Shown in pieces: positions 42,707-57,352 of a DNA stretch of 64,000 nt (position 1 is the first letter of the stretch; the number at the start of each line of letters is the position of its first letter). Origin of the DNA: Veleropilina oligotropha. Its lineage: Eukaryota. The translations under genes were made by a program, and so were the position numbers. The DNA is taken from assembly GCA_048128005.1 (NCBI GenBank), contig JBEUKZ010000019.1:124001-188000 (forward strand), written 5' to 3'. Below the pieces are notes generated by a model. The model searched no databases and was not told where the DNA came from. It worked only from the letters and a program-made list of their open reading frames with translations.

Positions 42707-45700
42707 TGGCTGATTTCACGGGAAAGGTGATTTTCCCATTTGGGTGCCTTAATGAGACTTCTGGGGGAACCTGGGCAATTATTGGTATAAAAACTACTTC
42801 CTGGGTCATAACCATTGCACGAGGAACCTTAAAACACTTTTTGAATCATGCATTTAACCCAATTTTTCACAAAATAGCTAATTTTAACCAGTTTTTCACA
42901 ATATTCTGAGTCCCAATCGTAAAATGTGTTGCACATGTACACCACCATGATCAAATGATGACTCATCCTGATTGAATCATTTCATGCATCTCATAATAAT
43001 GAGAAAAGCCTATTTAATGGTGAAAACCGTTTGTTTCTATCGACGATATGAACGCTACAATCGTTGATTTAGTAAATAATGTGAATGTATGTTAAAGAAA
43101 TTTTGGAAATGTCTTTTCCTGAACATTGGTGTATGGAACAAATACAATAGCTATAATAACATATGTGAATGTAGATTTTAATACCTTGGGATATGTCTCA
43201 GCCAACCAAACCAAACAGTTTTGTACTAGTTCAGCATTAACACAGAATCAGCAGCATCAAGTTTGATACAAAAAATGTATGTTAAAAAATGTCTTTTCCT
43301 GAACATTTACAAAAACATTCATAGATGTTAAATAAACAGGTTTCTGATTTTCAAAATATGCACATGACTTGTAGATCCAGTCCATGCCAAACACTTAGTG
43401 AGTTCATATTTTAATTATTTCATTTATATATAGTAACCACCATTTAATACAATTACCAAAGGTTTAACAAAATGTCTTTTCCTGAACAATTGTGTAACAT
43501 ACACTATTACCTGTTACAAATTTGATGTCCACTCTATAAACTAACCCATATGCTACTGGTAGTGATCATGTGTGATGCAAGGAGTGTTCCAGAACACACA
43601 TGGACAATATTATTAATGACTAGCATGCTCAACAGGTAATATATATAGTTGGTCAATAACACAATTTTACCAACACTAGTGTTTTACGCATCAAAAATAT
43701 AGAATTGGCATGGCATGGTGGGCTATATTCAATAACAAAGATAGTTCCTCAAAGAAAATACTTGGATGTATACTTACCTATAGCTATGTGTAATGGCAAG
43801 CAATGATGAATATTGTGTTAATATTTGATCAGGAAAAGACATTTTGTTTAACAATCTACAACAGCTAAGGTAGTTATAGTTATTCGCTGCATGCTTTTCA
43901 TTGTATTGTTGGGAAATTGCTGTCCAATCAATCTATAGATCTATACTCTACCTTCCTTCTTCTATTTGCAGATCTTAGATGTATGTGCTTGGGTGTATGG
44001 TTAATCAGGGATGGGCCTGGGTTCTGAAAAAAATTCGCCACCACTTTCGCCACTTTCAATATTCTTTCGCCACTTTTGAATTTTAGGAGCCACAGTATTA
44101 GCCGATTGATTGAGCAAATTTATAATATACAATAAAGTGAAAATAAATATTTATTTTATTTTTTATTACATCATATTTTGCATCTATACTTTAATGAGTG
44201 TATATTTTATTGTTTTATATTGTTTTACATTTAATCTGCTTGGATTAAAGTCAACATCCAGATGAATTAAATAATCGAGTCTCAGTGCATTTAAACACAA
44301 GCATTCGCCACCGGCCGCTAACCTGTATAGTATGAAAAAAATCGATATCTCCTTTACTATATAATACTAGTATAGTCTGATTTTTTTCAGTCTATACTTG
44401 TTTAGCGGCCAGTGGCGAATGCCTGTGATTTAAAGAAGCAAATATAAATGTGATTTTGGTGAAGTTCCCATATTGAAGTCATTGCCTAAGTATGATCTTA
44501 TTTACTGTTATCCCCTTAAAAAAACATGTAGTCCTTTAACAATATAATTATTGTTCAAACATCACCCGTTTCGTTATGAAGTAATTACATTGAATTTATC
44601 CTGTCAATTAATCCTAATAAATGCGTGAATCAGTCATCAATACTTGCCGACAACAGACGCAATTACCGCACCGAACTTCCATTGTTTTGTCGCGACAATG
44701 TCATATTCATTGTCGGTGATAATTTCAATTCAATTTATGTTTCAATTCAACGTAAACATTACCATGCACTGATTAAGCCTCTTAATTGACATGCATCATT
44801 AATTACTTGCTAACTAAAATTCATTCAGAAGTAGTCTGTATCAGTTTATTCAAAGGACTTGTACAAATTTTAGGCAAACATGATTGACAAACTACGTCAA
44901 ATGACCCGATAATGGTAGCCATGAACCGAAGGTGTTTATACAGTAAATCACGGACTGATGCTTTTACATTTATTTAAAGAAAGACTAAATTATTCAGGCT
45001 TGGATATATTTAAAGAATCGAATGGACGTGTGTATTATAAACACAATGTAACTATTGATTAGCAGAAAATAACTTTCAATGTACCGGTAACTATCGGTTT
45101 GAGACGCAAAGAAATTGATAGGAAAATGGCGGCTTGTCAAAAGTGGCGAATAGAAACCACGTTTCGGCATTACACTCGTACGCAATACCTAATAATAATG
45201 TGATATTACTTGTGCAGAATAAAATTAAACGTGGTATTAAATTAGTTAATATCAAATATACGTTTTCAACGTTATCACCGGAAAGATAAAATTACGAACG
45301 GTGGGTATATTGTTTTAAATCGGCAGTTCACCGTCGCATATAGCCCGATAAATCTGCCCCTAATTACAAGCTCGAAATCCTGACGGTCGCGTGTATAGGG
45401 TCAGATGTCGCCGCTATTAAAAAAGCGTGGGTCTGTAACCCAAATCCAGCGACAGCGATATCGACACCTTAAACGTGCCATACGGCGAATCTTTCGATAC
45501 CCACATATCAATAAACCATTTCACACTCACCTGACTTTATTGTTGATAATTATAGGATTTAAATCCTAGTGATATAAGTCACATTATAAGCTTATATTGT
45601 TACTCGAACCGTGTTAATTCGAATTCATTACCAAATCGAAAACATTCGCATCAACCAATCAAAGCGGGTTAACCAACCGGAAACCCGCTTTGATTGGTTG

Positions 45701-46764
45701 ATGCGAATGTTTGATCAATATTTATGTCAGAAACTGCTGCTTGAGATATGGTATATATCATATAACCAAGTACAAGTGTTTATTACAATGCTCAGTGTTA
45801 TGCATACTGTGTTGAAACCATGTACAGAATGTTAAAGAAAATGTCTTTTCCTGAACATATTTAATGTCTATAGCATTATTTAAAATGTCAGGCAATGAGT
45901 TGTAGTTTTGTGACTAGTTAGCTTACATTTGATTGGAATAACTCCAGTCACTGTGGAGCTGCTCGAATCAGGAATAAATAGTGTAAATGTGTGTGATAGG
46001 TGAAAACTATTGAGAACTGTGACAACTGATATTTCAATATTTTGAATCAAGATCACATGATCAATGATATTATCAAAGTTTGATAAATATGTTAATCAGG
46101 GATGTTCTACTGGGTGACCTTGTATCCAACAAGTGTTCATTTTAATAATAAATGTTATTGTTACAGTATTTTAAACCATGTACATAACGTTAAAGAAAAT
46201 GTCTTTTCCTGAACGTAATATGTCTCTGTGGCATTGCACACTATTTTGACCATACGAGTGAAATATATGAGGAAAGGTGTGTCTCTGATGGTTTATGTTT
46301 GATTGTCATTGCATTATGTGTCACATAAGCAGCTTTACCAAAGAATAATGGTGTTATATTTAAGATATATTTGGAATCGAACTATAATTAAGACCTACAG
46401 TTTGAATAAAAAATGATTATGTTGTCCGAGTTTGGGCAATATTGTTGATATAGTTGTTGTTTTCTGTTGTACTTGTCATCACACTAACTAAATAGATGGT
46501 CAATGTAATTATAATTTATTTGATATTGAGATAAATGAAGCTATAATGAATGTTAAGCAAATTGTCTTTTCCTGAACTGGTCCAAATTCAAAATTAGACA
46601 TCCTCACTTTGTCGTGGGCACAGACCACTTTAAAAACAAGATTTTTTTTGGAGTTATGCGTGAAGACCTGTTGTTTTACATATCACCAAAACTGTTTCAA
46701 TCTGACAAACTTGAATTTTCATCCCTGTGAGACATATTTATCACCTTTCCCGTGAAATCAGCCA
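42707..46764. mobile_element. Non-autonomous DNA transposon, ~4.06 kb, 24-bp TIRs
   Basis: TGGCTGATTTCACGGGAAAGGTGA (42707-42730) and its exact inverse (46741-46764); internal motif ATGTCTTTTCCTGAAC recurs about 7 times. Confidence 0.65.
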
Positions 46765-46789
46765 CATACACACGTGGTTAGTATCGATA

Positions 46790-48170
46790 TATAATGTCAT
46801 GGTTCCAGTTCCGATCCAATTTTGACTTAAAATCATTGGTGTCTTTTGCACATGTATACAACATACTGAGGTAGTGAGTTCCATTCATTGATTATTCTTT
46901 GGGAAAACTGTCGAAGTCTGAATGATGTGGTACAGCGTGGTTTAGCCAGCTTAAGTACATGTCCACGAGTATTCGAGTTTGGTACAATGGTGAAAAATCT
47001 TTCAGACGAAATATCCTCTATGCCGTGTATGATTTTAAACGTTTGTATCATATCCCCTCTTCTTCTTCTGTGTTCTAATGTTGGAAGCTTCAACTCTTTC
47101 AATCGATCTTCATAACACAAGTCCTTCAATTGTGGTACTAATTTCGTTGCACGCCTTTGAACTTTTTCAACGCTAATAATATCTTTTCTCAAATGTGGAT
47201 ACCAAATTGTATTTCCATATTCAACATGTGGACGAACCATAGCTTTATAGAGCAAAATGAAAGAGTCTTTTTCAATAAAGTCAAATGATCGAACTATTAA
47301 GGAAAGCATACTATTAGCTTTGTTTACCTTCGACGCGATATGATTACTGTATTTCAGGTCTTATTGGAATATAATACCGAGATCTTTCTCTTCGGTCACC
47401 GTTTCTAAATTCATTGCATTCATACTATAATTGTATTCTTCATTTCGACGACCATAGTGAATAATCTTGCATTTGCTAACATTAAAACGTAATTGCCACA
47501 GGTTTGCCCAAGAGCATAATGAGTCTAAGTCTTGTTGAAGTATATCATGGGCACCATCCTTAGAGTATAACTTTGTATCGTCAGCAAATATTTTGATTGA
47601 GCTGTCAACTACCTCGGGCAAGTCATTAATGTATATGATAAAAAGTACAGGGCCTAACACACTGCCTTGTGGTACACCACTCAAAACATCCTGCCATGAA
47701 GAGCTTTTACCTTTAACTGCAACGTACTGTCGTCGATCCGTCAGAAAATCTGTTACCCATGACAATAGGTTTTCTTTAATGCCGTATGAAGAAAGTTTCT
47801 GAATCAAACGCTGATGAGGTACGCTATCAAATGCCTTGGCAAAGTCTAAATACACTGTGTCCCACGACTCGCCATTCTCCACAAACATTGACCAATCTTC
47901 CACTACGTCAAGAAGTTGCAAAACACACGAGCGACCAGAGCAAAAACCAAACTGGGCGTCTAATATAAGGTTATTTTCAAGTAAATGATTAACAATAGAT
48001 GTCCTAACCAATTTCTCAAGGCATTTGCAGACAATGGAAGTGAGGCTAACAGGACGATAGTTTCCAGGGGCTGACTTGTCCCCCTTTTTGAACAACGGTG
48101 ATACTCAAGCGTCTTTCCACACTTTTGGTACTTTGCCACTATTTATGGACTTCTGAAAGATGTAGGCCAA
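46790..48170 (-). pseudogene. CR1-clade LINE reverse transcriptase, 3' fragment with stops/frameshifts
   Basis: NYRPVSLTS, YLDFAKAFDSVPH, SGVPQGSVLGP, FADDTK, KVQRRATK, RRRRGDMIQTFKI. Confidence 0.92.
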
Positions 48171-49915
48171 TTGACACGTCGCATAGTATCATTTACTATT
48201 AAATCCACAAAGTTTGCCCATAAATGATAGGTGTATTACTCATTTGAATTATATAAAAAAAATGAGAACGAAAGTAGAGTTTAGTATGCATGACGGTCAC
48301 TGCATGGTACCTGCCAGTAACTGCTCATTTGCCACTTTTGTCTAGTTCTGGGTCTAACTATTATTGTGTCGTTATGAATATTTCCGTGCAAACGGTTAAA
48401 TACGATCACAAAACAACTTACCAAAGTAAAACTAAGTAGAATATCGATAAAATATGTTATAACACACCGACATCAATCATAAACATTCTCCTTCTGACTG
48501 TTCTTCCATACGCGCACATGTAGCACGTGGGTTTGTTTACATGCAGTTTCAAAATAGGTCAAGATGGCGCCCAAACCGTGACTTCGAATCAAAAGGGACA
48601 TTTTTACTATATACACGTTATAAAATCTATACACCGTCACGTTTTAACGGTTATAAAAAAGGTGTGCTTATTAATATTTTGGTGTCGGTTGTTGCACACA
48701 TATTTTGGGTTTAGCGGTGCGATATATTCTATGACCGAAATGCACACAACCGGAAATACGAAATGTAAACAAACACGGATAAGGCGTCTCGTGTGCGGTG
48801 TTTTCTACGAGTATTATATAATTGATCCCTTGTATGAGTTTTTTTTAGATTATATCATTCATTTTTATATAATTTTGTTGTTTAAACATTGAATTTATTT
48901 ACCAGAAATAGGCCTAGTCACCATGGCGCCACAACAGTCGATTGGGCGCGCCCTAGTGACCGTTTTATACTTTGTCATTAATTTATATTTTATGTTAACA
49001 GTTTCATATTGTATCATCAGAAAAACGTAATTAACTAAATTCATTAACGCAAATTCATAAAAGTTTCCTAAATGTTCGGTAAATGTTATGACCCGCGGGT
49101 TCCCGACACATTAAATTTCGTCGGGAACAGCTTAGTTTTGTTAAAAAATTTTATTAAAAATAAGTAAAACATACAGTTAATGCTTACATTGTATAAATAT
49201 GCATTTATCTAGGCTATACATACCAATTACGTTTTAGTAATTTTGTTGTCATAATCCATGATATAGGCCTAACGCATTATTTGTCAATGTTTAACTGTCA
49301 AACTTTATTTCTTAGTGTCACGTGCCTTGCGCCCTCTATGAATAATTACAACCTGTGGATCAAATGTACACGAAATAGAACAGTCAGAGAAAATCATGTG
49401 CAAATATATTTATGCAAGTTAGAAAAACAAGACTTAAATTGCGTTTACTACCAATAATATAATATAATATAATATAAATTAACAAAATAGAACGAGTGGG
49501 GTATTTTTTTTACTACCAAACTCAAAACAATTCATACCCTTGTTTCGGCGATCCATATTTTTCAATTACCAAATTGGCGAAATCTTTACATGCATTATAC
49601 CCGTTCGTTTTATGCTCAAAAGTAACTTTTATGTGTCCATGTAACAAAATTGTATATATGAATAAATGCCATGCAAGTATTAGTAACAATACCAACTTTA
49701 TTGAAATCGGACATTTTCGCCTTTATATTAGAACATTCAGCGGTGAGAATTTTCTCACTGGTAGAGTTACATCCTTTTCTTTACTATTTCCGTAAATTAT
49801 TATTTATTATCCTCTGGATGCACTGTGTAAAATTTGTCTGGTCCTGCGACGCCTCATTTCGCAAAATTTCTGCGTCACGGTCAGGAAAATCCCTGCATTA
49901 GCAATACGCCCTATT

Positions 49916-50025
49916 TAGCCCGATAAATCTGCCCCTAATTATAAGCTCGAAATCCTGATGGTCGCGTCTATACACGCGACCGTCAGGATTTCGAGCTTGC
50001 AATTAGGGGCAGATTTATCGGGCTA
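49916..50025. repeat. Near-perfect ~110-bp palindrome; one arm also present alone at 45341-45397
   Basis: tagcccgataaatctgcccctaatt...cgcgt tata acgcg...aattaggggcagatttatcgggcta. Confidence 0.85.
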
Positions 50026-50475
50026 CGCTCTATTGACCGCAACAATTTAAATTATTTTGTAGATCGACACCGCCCTACCGACCGTGCGCCCTATTGACTG
50101 GTATTCGCCATAACGACGTATAATATTATGTTGTCAGTGGGCGGTAGCAAGTCGATGTTTGCCATACTGATGATCAATTTCGCTCATATTTATGATTAGC
50201 GTCAATTACCCATGACTTAACTTTTGTAGTCTACACATTGTCCAGTAGATAGATTTCATACAACATAACAAAATTCTTTTCAATATTAATTTATACTTCT
50301 TCAACCTTTTAGAATTCAATGCCATCTTCAAGAAAAAAATGTCAGTCTTTATACATATCTTTAAAAGAACTAGCATTGGTACCCGTCTCCGCCGGGTAAG
50401 TCCCCCCACCCCATTTTTTTTTATGTCTTGACCTTTTTGTAAAAAAGGACAAGACATTATCAAATGGTCCGTGTG

Positions 50476-50542
<67 letters not shown>
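50476..50542. repeat. (TA)n microsatellite
   Basis: Directly visible. Confidence 0.95.
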
Positions 50543-50547
<5 letters not shown>

Positions 50548-51594
50548 GATTTATTTGAAAACTACCAGGTCAATTTTCACCAAAATTGGTACACACATTC
50601 CCAAGAGTATTTGTAGGTCGTGTATATAACTTTCGCGACACAATTTTGCAAAAATATGCATTTATTGAGCACTTTAATCCATATTCGTATGTAACTGATG
50701 TCTAATATTGCAAGCAAATAGCAATGACGTCATTATGACGTCGCTTTAGATTAATCGTCATTTTGGTGACGTCATAATCGACGGGGTAGTAAATTAAGCC
50801 ATTCATGAAGTACTTGCACTTAGCCATTGTATTAACTGTTATGAAAATTTGAGGGAAATAAAGAAAGGTCAAGACATATTTCGAACGCGTCGTTCTTGTT
50901 TATTTTTTTTTGGATAGTGCTCTTTTTTATTTTTTATTTTTTTTCTCGATTATATTAAAAATGATAGTAAATTTTTTTTTTTGAAGGTCCTAGGTCAAAG
51001 CGTCTGGGAGGAGTTCAACTTGAAACAGACAGACAGACAGACAGACCCGCATACAATTATAGCTCCATTATATTAAGATTAATAAGAAATACTTAACCCA
51101 ATCTTTCATTGCCAAGGAGTCTTACATATATGAACAAGTTTACATATACAGATATAGGCAATTTTTCTTTTCGATATCAGTATATTATTAAATATTCGTG
51201 TTGTGCTCGAGTATCACTATCAATGGTATTTTTTATCGATATGATGTAAATATTTAACATAAACTGAACGTTTAGCCAAAAAACTTGTCAATCTTGGCGG
51301 ACATACTGCCAAAGTGGACATAATATAGGCAGTTTATCAACTGTGATACCCCCACCTTGAGTGGATAATACAAGATTGCTGCATCTTGGGGGACTGGATG
51401 CTGATTCATAGTAAAAAATGCATGAAAAAATTGGCATTTATTTTTACAAAATTGTTTACATGTGTACACATGAAATTCTATCTTTAGATTATAGAGAAAT
51501 ACAGATTTGATCGTGAGAGTGTTGAATATCTGGAGGCGCTCCTTCATGATGACCATCAGAGAGCCACCAGCAGAAGTAATGCCTTGTCACTCAT

Positions 51595-53950
51595 GGAGAT
51601 TATGCTGATGGCCCTTTGGTTTTATGCGACAGGATCGATGCAGCTCGTTGTTGCTGACACGTCTGCTGTGTCGCAACCATCCTATCAAGAGCAGTAAGAC
51701 AAGTTACAGACGCCTTGGTGCGACGGGCAGCCGACTTCATCATCATGCCCGCAACAGCTGCAGAGATATCAGGTATATTTTCTTGGTTTTTATTTTATTT
51801 CCATGTTAATGTTATGGCATAGTAATATGCACATGTATAGGTGGTGTTACAATATAATATAAAATATAATTAATTTATTTTGTTTAGCTTTTTAACAGCC
51901 ATGTCTTGCATGCAGAAATCAGAAATGTCTTTAAGTACACTTCGCCATTGTAACGTTATAACTGTTCTGAAAATTTGACGGAAATAAAGAAAAGTCAAGA
52001 CATAATCTGAACGCGTCATTCTTGTTTATATACAATACATATATTCATGGCCGTAGGAAGTTATGAACCGCTGTGTCCACTACGACCTTGGTCGCATCAC
52101 TTTTTTTCGACATTTAAGTCAAATCATTGGTCGCACGACTTTCAAATTGTTTCCGACTGTACTGGTATACATGTACATATTGTATAACAATGTCATCGTC
52201 AACTAATCTTGCTTTTGAATAATACATAGGGAAATTTACACACAATTTATTTTATAATGTATAATACTAAATGTCTTTACAGGCTAAACGTGATTTCTAT
52301 GGCATTGCTGCTTTGCCGGGTGTTGTGGCCACGATAGACGGCACCCATGTCAGAATTCAAGCACCTCCTGATAATGAAGAAGATTAAAGGTGACTTATGG
52401 GACATTTACTGAAATTTTTCAATTTTTGTGGTTATTTTTTAGCATACATATAGTTCCAATACTATTTAAGTTTAATCATTGCAAAATAGGACACCAAGAC
52501 GAACCAGAAACATATATTTGCAGCTGCATCAGACCTCCGATGTCATTGTCACGATCAAATGAAGGTATGTGACTTGTGGGGGTTCCTGGGCCATTCTTGT
52601 TCATTTTGTCCAATGTTCGATCCAGATGGAGTTTCAACTCTTCCTCCCCAATCTTTTTATATGAAATGGGTCTTGCAGATACAAGATATATTGTCATAGT
52701 TTGTGTATTTCTTTCATTAGGTGTAGGTCAACAGGAAGGGATGGCACTCGTTGAACATCCAGACCGCTATGAGTGCCAAAGGAGTGATCCGGGACGTTGT
52801 TGCCAACTGGCCTGGCAGCACGTGGTCCAATCTCAGTGACAGAAAGAAAGTATTAAAGTATAAACCGCGCCGTTAACGTAACATCAAGTAGAGAAATCAC
52901 GTCTCTGCGAAGGAGAGTGCTCCGGATATTTTCCTAAGGTCATCGAAGTTGCAGTCATTTATTATTCGAGGGTGTGCAAGGCCAAATACGGAAGCTATAA
53001 CCATATTTGGAATCGCAACAACAGGTCAGTAGCCGGGACGGACATTCCGTCATTTGGAATTGACCCATGTAACAGTTATATGATGATTTTCAGTAGAAAT
53101 AAAATGACGTGTTCCACAAACGTCTAGTCGGATTGTCCCAATAGCTATGTGGTGCCTATTTTTACCAAGCAGTATTTTATTCGATCGCTATCTACATGTA
53201 TTTTTTAAACAATTATATTTCATTGTAAAACAGTGTCATAGTTTGTTACTATTAAAATAGTATAATAGATTAAGGGATATTGCTTATAAATTTCATGTCA
53301 GAAGTGGGTGTTACTTGATCGGATGGACAAGTTGTGAAATTGACCTAAATTTTTGTCCAATCATAGTTGTAAAATGTGGATGCTGTTGGAAAATTCAGAA
53401 CGTAGCTATAAGTCAGGTTCCGACTTAGAAATGAATGCAAACCAACAATAAATTTAAAGTGCACCGATAATATTCCATGTATGATTATATAATTAAACAG
53501 ACTGTACTCTTACAATGCACTGACATATGTCTTGGGCTTTCCTTAGCTTGCCGAATAGGGTGGGTTTCCCCCGAGTGACCGGCATTTCCTTTCCCGATAA
53601 TATGGACATGTCCTGCCTTGAACCTAAAATTCACAAATCCTTTCAAGGGAACTGTTGCCATGTAAAGACATTTGAATAAATTTCAGAATAAATTTTGATT
53701 AATGTTTGTATGATTATTATATAAAATATATTTGTATAAAATTGAATATTTTCAGACATGTAAAGTGGTTGTGGCCTGCTGTATATTGCAAAATATAGTA
53801 ATCGACAGGAATCAACTTGCCCCACCACCAGCACCAGATGCAACTGAAGGCCCACAAACCGCTGATAACCATGATAATCCTGTCGCTGTACCACCAAATG
53901 ACCGTGCCGCTGGAATCGCTGCACGACAACACCTAATTTTACATAGGTTT
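51595..53950 (+). pseudogene. PIF/Harbinger (HARBI1-like) transposase, intron-split and decayed
   Basis: Segments ALWFYATGSMQ...SQPS/ISRAVRQVTDAL (about 51600-51772), FYGIAALPGVVATIDGTHVRIQAP (about 52282-52385), VNRKGWHSLNIQ...ANWPGS (about 52727-52822), CKVVVACCILQNI...ARQHLI (about 53756-53950). Frameshift present and part of the catalytic core missing. Confidence 0.8.
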
Positions 53951-56107
53951 CTTAAAATCAATTTTATTATCAGGTTATAACATGAAGACCAATATAGCTT
54001 ATTGGCAAAATAACAAATCAAATGTATGATGATTGTGAACACAATGTCATGGTGCAGACTGTACTTTTTGAAAAACGTAGAAGTACAATAAATAACACTC
54101 CTCCATTTGGCGAGGAGTGCACTTTGCACCCGTAGATTTTGCTCTTCTAAAAATAACCAGGGGTGTATTTTATATAAATAAAGACAAGTTAAAATTTGAG
54201 TTGTTTTGTTGTATTTATTTTGAACTGTGAAAGATCGGGGGCGGGGGGGGTAACAGGTTCGAGCCGCTTACATACTTTTCAATTTCCGTTTTGGCCTTTC
54301 CTCTTATCCGCGAATCTGCCGTAATGCGGTCTATATGTTTTGTGCAGAGCTTGCAGTAAACCTCGTATAACAGGTCTCTTTCTTCTTCACAGGTCTCTTT
54401 CTTATACCCTATCGTATCACCTAAATTCCATTTCCGAAATGTACTGAGGTTAGCTGTTGAACCGGCCATTACTACATGCATTTACGGCACGCTAAAGTAA
54501 ACTGTAAACACAATGTAGCTTCTCGCTCCATTTACGTTTGCAGGAAAATTCGACCACGTGGATTTGACAGGAAACATCTCACTGTAAACCGGTCCCAGAA
54601 TCCCTCGCATCTCTGAGGCTCTCACTTCCGTAACTTCTAAAAGACATTGCGGTCGTGCGCAGGCACGGTAATGCGATATCGATCAAGCGATCCTATTAGT
54701 CAGATATAACGCTGACGACCAATCACACGTTGCGTTTTATACATCAGTCGACATCACGCTGTTGATGTTGTATTTTATCGGACATGGAGAGGTTGATAGC
54801 AGCAAAACAAGGTTAGACAAACGCTGTTTAATTTGTGTTTTATCGGACCAGGAGAGTTCATAGAACTTTGTTAGCAACAAAACAAGTTTAGACGAATAAA
54901 ATAATGTATATATCCAAAAACTAACGGGCGCAATATTTTGCACTTCTCACGCAGGGTTTAGGTGCGCTAAGGGGCGCGAGCGCAATTGCGCCCCTTAAAA
55001 ATGACGGTCTGATGGTGATGTTATTACTAACTGTCATGGTGCTAATACAGTTGTATACCTTTTATGAATGTTGTATGCATTTAAAGTTGCTGATTACATT
55101 CGAAAGAAAACTACAAATGGCATATTGTGTGTATTTATCATCTACTCATTCGATGATTCGCAAGTTAAAATGCAGCACAACGTATTCTAATTATTGGATA
55201 ACCACTTCAGTCATAGACAATTTTAGCGTGAACGGTTGCATTAGAAGTCATTGAATATAACTGGTTCCACCCCAATATGAATTCGCATCGAGAGGATTTG
55301 TACCAAAGTAGTGTAGGTTTCCCCCAGTCAATTTTGTTAATGTTACAATATCATAATAGTATTACATGTATCGAATCATTTTAAAATATGGTACATGCCA
55401 TTAGTTGAAACTTTATGTTCAGATAATGTATTGTTTTCGTTAAAAAAAATATTATATAATATATATATATCGATGTGGTAGAAACTGACGTGTTTGATCG
55501 CTGTGAAAAAAGAATTATCTTCTGTTTTATTATTACATGTAAAAAAAACAACGTGTAAATTTGAAGTTATTTTTCGTATATTATGGCTTGTTTTCTATTA
55601 TCTACAATTCTGGAAGGTATATCAACTTCACAAGTCAATATAATGTATTTTTTATAAAATAATACATGTACACCATACATTCTCAAGCCTGCTATACATG
55701 TATATGCAACAATAGGCATACTTTGAATTTGAGTTTGAAATCTTTCTTTGTCAGATATCACTATTTCATTGTCATCTAAACTTAGAGTAAAAAATTTGAA
55801 AGCAATTTAATTGAAATGTTGCATATATATAGCCATTTTGGACTTGGAAATTTTGCTCTTAATACAACTTTTTATATGCTTTATATGTCCATTTCAAAAT
55901 GACAATGTCATCTACTATTGAATGTACATACAATACTCATGAAATATATGTGATTGACGCGCAGTTCCATACATGCGAGCCATTTCGAGCTTTTGCTCTT
56001 GTTATAATTAATATCATCTCAGCACAGCAAAGCAAAAATAACTAAAACAAAGAATTCTATAGTTCTACTCAAAGACATTGAAACAATTGACAAAAGAAAA
56101 TGCATAA

Positions 56108-56316
56108 TTAATTAAGTTGCACCACAATTCCTTTTTCATTGAGTTCAAGTAGAAGTTTCTGCTGTAGAAGCGTTTGGTTAACGGTTTCGGTTTCAAGTTT
56201 TGATATTTCTTTTGTAAGTTTTTGCTTTTCTAAATTTAAGACTTCTATTTGCAATTTTACTCTCTTTATTTCAAGTTCTAGTAGATCTTCCCTTGAAAAT
56301 GGACCATCTCCTCTGT
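56108..56316 (-). other. Coiled-coil terminal exon, possibly of the Myb/SANT partner gene of the Harbinger element
   Basis: LLELEIKRVKLQIEVLNLEKQKL heptads preceded by an AG acceptor, convergent with the transposase. Assignment is inference only. Confidence 0.35.
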
Positions 56317-56344
56317 AAATACAAAATGGACCATCTCCTCTGTA

Positions 56345-57352
56345 GATACAATACAAACAAATCTTCAATCAGATTTGAATAATGTAAACAAATGGTGTAA
56401 AGAAAATCAGATGAAACTAAATGCGCTAAAAACATCTTGTATGGTAATTGGGTCTAAGCAAAAGCTAGCATTAACTGAAAATTTAGACTTGATTTTAGAA
56501 AGTGAGGATATAAAATCAGTTGAAGATTGCAAACTTCTTGGCATATATATTGATAAAAATCTATGCTGGGAAAATCATATTGATCATTTATGTTCCACAT
56601 TATCATCTCGCTTATCTTTATTAAACCGGATTAAGAAATATTTACCGATTAAAGCCAGAAAACTGTATTTTAATGCTTATTTACTTCCTCTTATGGATTA
56701 TTGTTCGACAGTTTGGGGAACATGCACGCAGTACAATATAGAAAGAGTAAATAAATTACAGAAGCGGGCTGCTAGAATCATTCTTGAATCAGATTATATG
56801 ACTCCCTCACTAGAAATGTTTAAAGAGCTAAACTGGTTGCCTATTCAACAACGAATAGAATATCACCAACATATTCTAGTATATCAAGGCTTAAATGGTT
56901 TGGCTCCAGATTACATAAAAGATTCTCTAGTTCCTATATCAAATGTACACTCCCTAAATTTAAGATCTGCCTCAAATATGATGCTATCTATACCTCATCC
57001 AAAATCAAATTTTCTGAAAAAGTCATTTTCATATAATGGTCCACTAACTTGGAACAAACTGCCACTCTCTGTCAGAAATCAAGCAACATTATTTAGTTTT
57101 AAGAAGGAATGCTTTAATTATTTATGTACAAACACTTTTAATACACTATAATTAATTTTGTTACATTTCTCATATCATCTCTGTGTGTGTATTGTATTTA
57201 ATATTATCTGCTATCACTGTATATATTGTATATATTTTTGTCATATCATAATTTTCTGTAACTTTTTGTGTGAGGGCCTTATGGGAGATTAGTTTGTCAT
57301 AAACTAAATAAGTTACCCTCTTGAAATAAAGTAGATTATTATTATTATTATT
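56345..57352 (+). mobile_element. 5'-truncated L2/CR1-type LINE (RT C-terminus, 3' UTR, (TTA)n tail)
   Basis: WCKENQMKLNALKT, KLLGIYID, DYCSTVWG, LQKRAARIIL, LNWLPI; AATAAA then an (ATT)n tail. Confidence 0.88.

Noticed and set aside
54215..54481. Zinc-finger/hAT-like fragment (YCKLCTKH)
   Set aside because: Too short, with no supporting transposase motifs or clear ends.
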